This document shows, piece after piece, positions 40,001 through 52,000 of a stretch of 64,000 bases of DNA (its first letter is position 1; each line of letters opens with the position of its first letter). The DNA is taken from positions 159,285-223,284 of the forward strand of contig NMRA01000642.1 in assembly GCA_002633005.1 (NCBI GenBank). The letters are read 5' to 3'. Below the pieces are notes generated by a model. It searched no databases and was not told where the DNA came from. It saw nothing but the letters and a program-made list of their open reading frames with translations. The stretch comes from Phoronis australis (lineage: Eukaryota > Animalia > Phoronida). The position numbers were made by a program, and so were the translations under genes.

Positions 40001-43000
40001 CGAGTGGCCAAAACCTGAGCTCCCATGAGAATTTGGGTGTGTAGAGTTGTGTTATTGCATCATTCTGTCGTATGGAGACTGACTTCAAAAATAGCAGTTA
40101 TTTAAGGATAACGATGTAACTTCATTTTTAAAATAGAAACATTCTTGTCATGGTTGCTCTGCCGTACTTTAAAGATTAACGGGGACTCGGTGGATGAAAT
40201 TGGGTTATGAAATCAATCACTACGAGTGAGTATCACCTCTGTGCAGGTCACCAAAAAACAGTCGTGTCTGGAAATTGTTCTTGTAAAGTAAGCGAAAGCG
40301 ACCTACATGTAGGCCTAATTTTGTTACTTTATCTCGATGCTCTGTTCTAAACGTAACTGATATATTGCAAGCTCAATAAATATTTCTCAAAACAATTAGA
40401 ATGATATCAATGACGCTTGTTTGATTTTAATCAGGCCGCATTTTATTGCTCAAAAGTGTATCGGGTGTATAAATTTTAGTGAAATGAAGTACAGTTTTGA
40501 CGTGCCAGTGTATGTCTAATTATTGATTTCCAGATTTTGTTCTATTAATAGATGGACTGGTGTACACATGACGCATTGTACTACTGGGTGATTTCACATA
40601 AAGAAAGGAATTTTAAAGATTTATTTAGATATTTTTTTACATTCAAATGTTTGGCAGTACAACGTGTTATAATTTTTGGGTGACTGCTACATGTATTATT
40701 CTACTGCCCAGTATTTTGCACATTATCTGTACTTATTTCTTCCTATATGTTGTCCAAGTGAACGTGGGATCCAAATGGCCGTCGGCTACTCGAGGCGTAA
40801 CTTGAAATTGCGGCTTTTGTTAAAGTTGTTGAATTTTTGTATTCCTTGTTTGGTTGTCATAGAATCGGTCGTTTTCATTCCGTTGCATATTCTCTGAGAC
40901 CAAGTATTTTTGACATTTCCCTCTTTACGCACCATTCTGAAACAAAATGTTGAATAAAATAAATCAACAAACTTCTCAAACTTTTGTTACAATATAGAAA
41001 GCTGTATCCATGCCGAAACACCAGTTTGAACGTCTGGTCGTAAAATTGTCAAACGAAAGTAGAAAAAAAAAATTGCAACATCGCTGATTTGGTTAGTCAC
41101 GGACTCTTTAATTGGTTCTTTGCGATAAGGAAGTGCCCCTTTAAATATATTCAAGAACTGACAAATGTATCAATTTATCGCGTGTACACGCGAAAACTGT
41201 CTGGAAAAGCGCTCTTTTTAAAAGCAACGCTTCGCCTGGCCAGACCGCTGCCACGTCGTCTCAAGAATAGCAGAACAATTTGTGTTTGCGTCGAAATGGG
41301 AGCCACATGATTGATTGGTTTTCTGAACAGCAATCTTGACAAGAAGAAAGGTTTTGGTGAAATGTGTCTTAACGTGCGTTTAACTTGTAGAAAACTCTTT
41401 ATTCTTTTCCTGAACGTTTTGCCTGCTGACATTTTGTTCGATGCCATTAACAATTTGAATTGAGTTCCCTGTGCCCGTTTTTCTGACCAGTAACAAACCA
41501 TACTTCAGTTACGTTTTGATAATATCCATTGCCAATAGTCAATTTACACTATATTGATTTTCTCTCATTCTTTTCTTCCTGGTTGTTCCCGATTTAAATT
41601 TGTTAAAAGAACTTATTTGCATCTCAGGAAAAAGTGAAACTGGACTTCATAACTTAGTTTGAACATGTTTTTCATTTCACGCCTCCAGCAGAGATTGGTT
41701 TGCGGTAGACCTACTAATTAAAGCAAACAAGACGACCACGAAAACTTTACCGATATAATCACAAGTTTTACATACAGTGTATTAATTTTTGCCTTTAACA
41801 TTTTCCTACTACATTGTGCCTAAAAAAATCCGGCAAGTCACATTTCGTCTTGTTTATCCGAAAATTGAAATAGACCTATAACTCTCATGAAATCCATTTC
41901 TTAAAAATGGTAATCAAATTTGATAAATAAGGTCACGTTATTGTCAAGAACAGTGATAGCCCTTTCCTAGCTACAACCAGTCGTACGGACTTTGATAAAA
42001 GTGTCCATATTTTTAAAAAACATGTCATGTCTTCGCTCTGAGGATTATTTTTAACACTAACAAACTTACTACGAGAGCGACGTAATCTTGGTCTTGAAAA
42101 ATAATGATCTATTCAAACGACAACTGATGAATTACCTGATAAACAGAGAGTAGATTTAGTAATTGTGTGTGCAAATGTGTTATTCCAACGTTTCTTGTGA
42201 TGAGTAATTAAGATTCACGGTGAAGTTAGTGATTGTAAAATTTGCTATAACTTGTTCATTGTTTCTGCAGGACGACACAGCACTACACTGTGCAGCACAG
42301 GTGGGACATACAGAGGTGGTGCGTGTTTTGTGTAAAGCAGGCGCTAAGGTCAACAAGCAAGGCTGGGTAATAGAAACTACTTGAGACGATTTTGTAATTA
42401 AGACAATGATATCTTTGTTACAAAGCTGTAAACTATCTGAAGTTGAACTAAACATGTAGTGTGTAAATACACTTTTTATTTCTCATCATTTCGACATGTA
42501 TTTTTCAATCTGTACCTGGCACATGCATCTTAAGTAACAGTGAGGTTTGAATTTTGTCAACAATATATTTGGCGACTTAACCTTGATATTTTTCTATTCT
42601 TAATGGTAATCGTCCATTCAAAAGTACAACTTTATATTAATCAGGAAGCCGTTAAACCGGTGTATAAACACAACATGGAGGGGTCACTGTGAAGTTATGG
42701 AGGCGCTCAGTAATTTCTGGCAGTCGACGTCTACATCATGTTCTGTTCTTACTTCAACGTTTTAAAATCACCTGTAAAACTTGAGTGTTGAAATCATTAC
42801 AAGTATTGTAGCGTCTTAGAGGGGTCAGTAATGTTTCATTTATGTCACCTTACAAGTTCACTTTCCCCGTGTATGTTAATTTGCTCTAAACGTTGATCGT
42901 CCATTCACACATCTCCATTATATATTACATAGGAGGACAATACACCGCTGCACTGTGCAGCACTGAATGGTCGTACACAGACAGTGAAGTGTCTTGTGGA

Positions 43001-46000
43001 ACACAACGCTACAGTGGATGTCCGTAATGAGGTAATTAATGACACACAGGTTGTTTGGTTGAACTAGTTGTTTACACAAGAGATGATTAAAACTATTGAG
43101 TAACAAATTTTGTTGATATTTTCCCAATTTAATGTCCCTAAACAATGTCAAATTAAATGTTGTCTGCTTTCCAACAGAGAACTGTCAAAGCTGCATCCGA
43201 ACATTTCAGTTGATCCATTATTGTTGTTTTATTTACCTATATAATATATTCTACATTTCGTCAAACAATAGTTTCCTTCAGACGATCTGGATCGCCTCAT
43301 TTAGTTTCACATTTATTTTCTACGTTATTTTGATTGTCCAACACTTTACAGCGCACAATTACTTGCTGTGTGTTACCGGCCTGTAACCAGACAGGGAACA
43401 CTGAACACGCTCTGTTGTTTTGTTCTAAAACTTAACATTTTCCTGTTGAAATCATTACAGGTATTGTAGCGTTTTAGAGGGGTCAGTAACGTTTCGTTTA
43501 TGTCACCTTACAAGTTTACTTTCCCCCGTGTATGTTAGTTTGCTCTAAACGTTGGTCGTCCATTCACACATCTCCATTATATATTACATAGGGGGGCAAG
43601 ACACCGCTGCACTGTGCAGCACAGCGTGGTCATACACAGACAGTGAAGTGTCTTGTGGAACACAACGCTTCAGTGGATGTCCGTAATGAGGTAATTAATG
43701 ACACACAGGTTGTTTGGTTGAACTTGTTGTTTACACAAGAGATGATTAAAACTATTGAGTAACAAATTTTGTTGATACTTTCCCAATTTAATGTCCTTAA
43801 ACAATGTCAAACTAAATGTCGTCTGCTTTTCAACAGAGAACTGCCAAAGCTGCATCCGAACATTTCAGTTGAATCATTATTGTTGTTTTATTTACCGATG
43901 TATATTCTACATTTCGTCAAACAATAGTTTCCTTCAGACGATCTCGATCGCCTCATTTAGTTTAAGATTTATTTTCTACGTTATTTTGATTGTCCAACAC
44001 TTTACAGCGCACAATTACTTGCTGTGTGTTACCGGCCTGTAACGAGACAGGGAACACTGAACACGCTCTGTTGTTTTGTTCTAAAGCTTAACGTTTCCCG
44101 GTTGAAATCATTTCAAGTATTGTAGCGTCTTAGAAGGGTCAGTAGTGTTTCATTTATGTCACCTAACAAGTTCACTCTCCCCCGTGTATGTTAATTTGCT
44201 CTAAACGTTGATCGTCCATTCACACATCTCCATTATATATTACATAGATGGGCCTGACACCGCTGCACTGTGCAGCACAGCGTGGTCATACACAGACAGT
44301 GAAGTGTCTTGTGGAACACAACGCTACAGTGGATGTCCGTGATCTGGTAATTAATGACACACGGGTTGATGAACACACAATACGTGACGAGGCTGAATTA
44401 TTGGATGCTTTAATTAAATAATCACAGATTGTAATTTTGTCTGTAAACGTTGAATTCACGGCACGTGTAGTGACGCGCACGTGCACGTGACGTGCTCGCG
44501 ACATTAAGTAATTAGAAACAGTTTTCACTTCACCTTGAGTTGTACAATGAGCAATGGTTCTTTACCTACATTCCCATAGCACTCACTAAATGATTGTGAC
44601 TCTGTTGTAATATAAAACATCAAAATCTAACATTTGAAATCATCTTTTCAGTCGCGTGACAACAACAGATCAGCATTTAAAAAATCTCGCTCATTTATGT
44701 CTGAATTTAAATGTCAGGTGTAGTCGTGCTCTGTTGAGTCACCCGCTTTTTACAGTAAGTATGCAACTGAAGGTGAAGTTCTGAAACAGAAAGGTATGAA
44801 GCGTGCCGCCCTGTTGACGCACCCACTTTGCTATTCGTAATGCTGACCAGCATTCTGTCTTTTTTGTTCATTTACTGTAGGATGGAGACACACCCTTACA
44901 TCTTGCATCCCACAGAGGACAGGCAGCGGTCGTGGAACTGCTGGTCCGTGAAGGCAGCTGCGACGCGGCTGCCGTAAACAAGGTATCTCAAGAGTGTTGT
45001 ACTCCGAGTTTAGTTAATGCTGCAATAAATGTGTTTTAAATGAATATTGAGTTCGAGGAATTGTTCACTCATAATAAATATCTGATCAAAAATGAACAAC
45101 CTCTTTACGTGGAGTTATACAAAGAGTCACTCCTTCACCGCAAGTACCTTCCCATAACACGCAGAGAAACTAAAGCCGCTGGTCTGATCCTACTATTGGG
45201 ACACAAACTAAAAACAAACCAACCACGCCGTAAGGCGCCAAACACAGGCACACATTTTGATATTCTCACTTCATAAAAAGATGCAGATTTTTTATCAGGT
45301 CAGTGCTTGGAATCAGGTGTGCATTTAGGGACCTCAGTAAAGGTTATTTGTCAAGGTTGATTTAAAAAGCGATTATAAGTCGTGTAGTTTCGTGGTTTAT
45401 TTTTAATGCCACTACACTGTTGTGTAATATGTTCCTGTCATGATTTGATTGATATACTCTGTGATGGGGTAATGTAGGGGATGAATTAGTCAAACCCTAC
45501 GTCCTGTTTTCACAATTCGAGGAGTCTGCTTAAACAAAACCCTGGAAAAAGCAGAGCGCTGTAAAACTTAATCACGTGCCGTGATCTTTTGTGATCCATT
45601 ATAAATCCAGGGTATTGAAATATGTTTGGTTCACCCATTCACCATCGTATTTCGGGTACCAGTTCAGGGTTCTCGCCGCAGTGAATCAAACAACGCCTTT
45701 TGAAATAAAGGTTGCTGGTCAACACGCTAGACGTTCGTTTTCATAGAAATACGAATACGCAACAACTTAAATGAATGGACACAAATCTTTATATCTTCTT
45801 AATGGATACATTGTAAGACAAAATTATATTTCTCAAGGTTGATTTCACGTTTGGACTGAGAATAAATCGAATTGAAAAAAATTAACACGCTCGTTGGAAT
45901 TTCAACACTAGAGAGTAGAACAGTTCGAGTTCTTGAACATACCATTTTCCCATGATGTTTTTACTTTATTTATGTTTCTGTTGACAAAGGACGTTATTAC

Positions 46001-49000
46001 ATCCGAAAATTTCAGTTGATCCATTCTTGTTGTTTTACTTACCTATTTATAGTCTACATTTCGTGAAACAATAGTATCCTTGGGAGGATCTGGATCGCCT
46101 TATTTAGTTTCAGTTTTATTACTCTGCGCGTGTAAGCGCAGAGTACTGTTGTTCCTGGGTTTTCTTCAATTTTATTCTTATTACTCTGTGCGTGCAAGCG
46201 CAGAGTACTGTTGTTCCTGGGTTTTCTTCAATTTTATTCTTATTCTTCTTATTCTTATTACTCTGCGCGTGTAAGCGCAGAGTACTGTTGTTCCTCGGTT
46301 TTCTTCAATTTTATTACTCTGCGCGTGTAAGCGCAGAGTACTGTTGTTCCTCGGTTTTCTTCAATTTTATTCTTATTCTTATTCTTCTTATTCTTCTTTC
46401 GACCAACTTTGAGGCTTAATAAATCCAAATTGGGTGCAGGTACGGTCTTTAAATTCGGCATATGAGTTTTGACGGTAAATAAATTTTGATTGGTTATGTA
46501 ATCATATTCCATATTGCACCAGAAGAGGTCATTTGGTGCAAAGGTCATATAATTTTCAAAATGCTACTTCTCCTTCAGTTTTAAAGCTATCTTTTTCAAA
46601 TTCGGTGCACAGGTATAAGTCACCATGACAATTTAAAAAATTACTATTCTAAGTAATCGGGTTATCCAATCAGGTGAAATAGGTCAAAGGTCATTAGGTG
46701 CAAACTAAAATTTTGAGCTAGACATTTCAAATTGCCACTGGTAAATCAAATCGGAATCCAAAGTTTCAGGTCATTTGGTGCAAACATGGGGTCATTAGGT
46801 GCATTTTACTTCTGAAGATTTGACCTTTTCAATCAGCAAGTTTTCTGATGTGTTAACCGTTAGACAACTGTGATTCTCAGCGTTAAACATATTTTCCATG
46901 GGTTTTGCAATAATTCTCCTAAAGATGCTTAAAATGCACCGGATTAGGTCAATTAGTGCAAAGGTCATGTAATGTTCAAAATGTTATATCTCTTACGTTT
47001 TTCAAGGAATTCTTTTCAATTTCAGCACACCGGTATAAGTCAACATGACAATATAAAAAATTACTTTTCTAACCAATTGGGTCATCCAATCAGGTTAAAC
47101 AGGTCAAAGGTCATTAGGTGCAAACTAAAATTTTGAGCTAGACACTTTAAATTCACAGTTCTGATTGGCACAGAAAATTCAATTTGGAATCCAAAGTTTC
47201 AGGTCTTTTAGTGCAAACATGGGGTTATTAGGTGCATTTTTCTTCTGAAAATTTGATCTTTTCATTCTCCAAGTACACTGATGTGTCAACCGTTAGACAA
47301 CTGTGATTCTCAGCATTAAACACATTTTTCATGGGCTTTGCAATAATTCTCCTAAAGACGCTTATAATGCACCGGATAGGGTCAATTAGTGCAAAGGTCA
47401 ATTAACGTTCAAAATGTTAAATTTCACGTTTTTCAAGGAATTCTTTTCAATTTCAACACACTAGTGTATGTCAACATGGCAATTGAACGACCTACTTAAC
47501 TACGCAATAGGCTTAACCAATCAGAAAAAATAGGTCAAATGTCATTGAGTGCAAAATTAAAATTTTGAGCTAGAGACTTCAAAATTACATATCTGATTAC
47601 TAAACGCGATTGAGTTTGAATTCTAAATTTTTGGGTCATTTGGTGCATCCATGGGGTCATTAGGTGCATTTTTCTTCTGAAAGTTTGACCAATTCATTCA
47701 TGTTGTATTCTTAAGTGCTTAAAGCAAAACACCTGTGATTCTTAGCATTAACTATACTTTAAATTGGTTGTACAATTATTCCCTCACTGGGTTTCATAAT
47801 GCACCGGAAGAGGTCAGTTAGTGGAAAGGTCATCAAAACATTAACATGAAATTACTTCTACAATTTTAAAGAATTTCTTTCCATATTGGTAAACGGGGTT
47901 GCTGTCAGTAACTTCCCATAACAATTCCTTTAATACGCACGCGCAGAGTTCATTATTGTCACGCCGTGACAATAATCATTCTAGTTCTTCTTATTCTTCT
48001 TCCGACCAACTTTGAGGCTTAATAACTCCAAATTGGGTGCAGGTACGGTCTTTAAATTCATCATATTACTTTTGACAGTATATAACTTTTGATTAGTTAT
48101 ATAATCATATTCCATATTGCACCGGAAGAGGTCGTTTGGTGCAAAGGTCATATAATTGTCAAAGTGCTACTCCTCCTTCAGTTTTTAAGCTATCCTTTTC
48201 AAATTCGGTGCACAGGTATAAGGTAACATGGCAATTAAAAAAAATACTTTTCTAAGTAATCGGGTCATCCAATCAGGTGAAATAGGTCAAAGGTCATTAG
48301 GTGCAAACTAAAATTTTGAGTTAGACACTTCAAGTTGACAGGTCTGATTGCCACAGTTAAATCAAATCGGAATCCCAAGTTTCAATTCATTTAGTGCAAA
48401 CATGGGGTCATTAGGTACATTTTTCTTCTGAAAATTTAACCTTTTCAATCAGCAAGTATTCTGATGTGACAACCGTTAGACAACTGATTCTCAGCGTTAA
48501 ACACATTTTCCATGGGCTTTGCAATAATTCTCCTAAAGATGCTTAAAATGCACCGGATAAGGTCAATTAGTGCAAAGGTCATGTAACGTTCAAAATGTTA
48601 TATCTCTTACGTTTTTCAAGGAATTCTTTTCAATTTCAGCACACTGGTGTAAGTCAACATGCCAAGTGAATACCCTACTTTACTTCGCAATAAGCCTAAC
48701 CAATCAGAAAAATAGGTCAATGGTCATTGAGTGCAAACTAAAATTTTGAGCTAGAGACTTCAGAATTACGTATCTGTTTACTAAGTGCGATGGAGTTTGA
48801 ATTCTAAATTTTCAGGTCATTTAGTGCACCCATGGGGTCATTGGGTGCATTTTTCTCCTGAAAGTTTGACCACTTCATTCATCTTGTATTTTGAAGTGCT
48901 TAAAGTAAAACATCTGTGATTATTAGCATTAAGCACACTTTTAATCGAGTTAACAATTACTCCCTCATCGGGGCTCATAATGCACCGGAAGAGGTCAATT

Positions 49001-52000
49001 AGTGGAAAGGTCATCAAAAAATTAATATGTACACATGTAATTTCTCCTACAATTTTAAAGAATTCCTGTTCATATTGGTATACGGGCTGCTGTCAGTAAC
49101 TTCCCATAATTCCAGTAATACGCACGCGCAGAGTCCGTTATTGTCACGCCGTGACAATAATCTTTCTAGTTCTTATTCTTATTCTTCTTCTTATTCTTCT
49201 TCCGACCAACTTTGAGGCTTAATAACTCCAAATTGGGTGCAGGTACGGTCTTTAAACTCAGCATATGACTTTTGACAGTATATAAATTTTGATTAGTTAC
49301 AAAATCATATTCCATATTGCACCGGTAGAGGTCGTTTGGTGCAAGGGTCATATAATTTTCAAAATGCTACTCCTCGTTCAGTTTTAAAGCTATCTTTTTC
49401 AAATTCGGTACACAGGTATAAGTCAATATGACAATTTTAAAAATTACTTTTCTAAGTAATCGGGTAATCCAATCAGGTGAAATAGGTCAAAGGTCATTAG
49501 CTGCAAACTAAAATTTTGAGCTAGAGACTTTAAATTGACAGGTCTAATTGCGACAGGTAAATCAAATCGGAATCCAAAGTTTCAGGTCATTTAGTGCAAA
49601 CATGGGGTCATTAAGTGCATTTTTCTTCTGAAAATTTGACCTTTTCAATCTGCAAGTATTCTGATGTGTCAACCGTTAGACAACTGTGATTCTCAGCGTT
49701 AAACACATTTTCCATGGGCTTTGCAGTAATTCTCCTAAAGATGCTTAAAATGCACCGGATAAGGTCAATTAGTGCAAAGGTCATGTAACGTTCAAAATGT
49801 TATATCTTACGTTTTTCATGGAATTCTTTTCAATTTCAGCGCACAGGTATATGTCAACATGAAAATTTAAAAAATTACTTTTCTAAGCAATTGGGTCATC
49901 CAATCAGGTTAAACAGGTCAAAGGTCATTAGGTGCAAACTATAATTTTGAGCTAGACACTTTAAATTCACAGTTCTGATTGGCACAGATAATTCAATTTG
50001 GAATCCAAAGTTTCAGGTCATTTAGTGCAAATATGGGGTCATTAAGTGCATTTTTCTTCTGAAAATTTGACCTTTTCATTCTCCAAGTACACTGATGTGT
50101 CAACCGTTAGACAACTGTGATTCTCAGCATTACACACATTTTCCATGGGCTTTGCAATAATTCTCCTAAAGACGCTTATAATGCACCGTATAGGGTCAAT
50201 TAGTGCAAAGGTCAGTTAACGTTCAAAAAGCTATATCTCTCACGTTTTTCAAGGAATTCATTTCAATTTCAGCACACTAGTGTATGTCAACATGCCAATT
50301 GAACAACCTACTTAACTACGCAATAGGCCTAACCAATCAGAAAAATAGGTCAAAGGTCATTGAGTGCAAAATTAAAATTTTGAGCTAGAGACTTCAAAAT
50401 TACATATCTGTTTACTAAACGCGATTGAGTATGAATTCTAAATTTTTGGGTCATTTGGTGCATCCATTGGGTCATTAGGTGCATTTTTCTTCTGAAAGTT
50501 TGACCAATTAATTCATGTTGTATTAAGTGCTTATGGCAAAACATCTGTGATTCTTAGCATTAACTATACTTTAAATTGGTTGTACAAATATTCCCTCACT
50601 GGGGTTCATAATGCACCGGAAGAGGTCAGTTAGTGGAAAGGTCATCAAAACATTAGCATGTAATTACTCCTACAATTTTAAAGAATTTCTTTTCATAGTT
50701 TGGTAAACGGGGTTGCTGTCAGTAACTTCCCATAACAATTCCTTTAATACGCACGCGCAGAGTCCATTATTGTCACTCTGTGACAATAATCTTTCTAGTT
50801 CTCCTTATTCTTCTTGCGACCAAATTTGAGGCTTAAAAACTCGAAATTGGGTGCAGGTACCGTCTTTAAATTCAGCATATGAGTTTTGACAGTATATAAA
50901 TTTTGATTGGTTATATAATCATATTCCATATTGCACCGGAAGAGGTCGTTTGGTGCAAAAGTCATATAATTGTCAAAATGCTACTCCTCCTTCAGTTTTA
51001 AAGCTATCTTTTTCAAATTCGGTGCACAGGTATAGGTCATCATGAAAATTTGAAAAATTACTTTTCTAAGTAATCGGGTCATCCAATCAGGTGAAATAGG
51101 TCAAAGGTCATTAGGTGCAAACTAAAATTTTGAGCTAGACACTTCAAATTGACAAGTGTGATTACCACAGGTAAATCACATCGGAATCCAAAGTTTCAGG
51201 TCATTTAGTGCAAACATGGGGTCATTAGGTGCATTTTCCTTCTGAAAATTTGACCTATTCAATCAGTGAGTATTCTGATGTGTCAACCGTTAGACAACTG
51301 TGATTCTCAGCGTTAACCACATTTTCCATGAGCTTTGCAATAATTCTCCTAAAGATGCTTAAAATGCACCGGATAAGGTCAATTAGTGCAAAGGTCATGT
51401 AACGTTCAAAATGTTATATCTCTTACGTTTTTCAAGGAATTCTTTTCAATTTCAGCCCACTGGTGTAATTCAACATGTGTACCAATTGAATACCCTACAT
51501 TACTTCGCAATAGGCCTAACCAATCAGAAAAAAATAAGTCAAAAGTCATTGAGTGCAAACTAAAATTTTGAGCTAGAGACTTCAGAGTTACGTATCTGTT
51601 TACTAAGTGCGATTGAGTTTGAATTCTAAATTTTCAGGGCATTTCGTGCACCCATGGGGTCATTAGATGCATTTTTCTTCTGAAAGTTTGACCACTTCAT
51701 TCATCTTGTATTCTGAAGTGCTTAAAATAAAACATCTGTGGTTATTAGCATTAACCACACTTTTAATCGAGTTAACAATTAATCCCTCATCGGGGCTCAT
51801 AATGCACCGGAAGAGGTCAATTAGTGGAAAGGTCATCAAAAATTAATATGTAATTTCTCCTACAATTTCAAAGAATTCCTTTTCATATTGGTAAACGGGT
51901 TGCTGTCAGTAAATTCTCATAATATTTCCAGTGATACGCACGCGCAGAGTCCGTTATTGTCACGCCGTGACAATAATCTTTCTAGTTTTCTACGTTACCC

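Larger units (their letters stand above)
42787..44367 (+). repeat. Tandem duplication of a ~657-bp ankyrin exon+intron unit (3 exon copies)
   Basis: Landmark gttgaaatcatt at about 42787, 43446 and 44101. Exon starts are spaced 659 and 656 bp. Intron text is nearly identical between units. Confidence 0.97.

Noticed and set aside
42180-44528. Track ORFs 42180-42455, 42918-43151, 43132-43386, 43670-43855, 43791-44042 and 44286-44528
   Set aside because: Antisense shadows of the ankyrin exons or intronic repeat text.
46117-46370. Four short repeats with variable gaps resembling a CRISPR array
   Set aside because: Eukaryotic context, the gaps are TTC microsatellite rather than unique spacers, and there are no cas genes. 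Explained as nested element heads.
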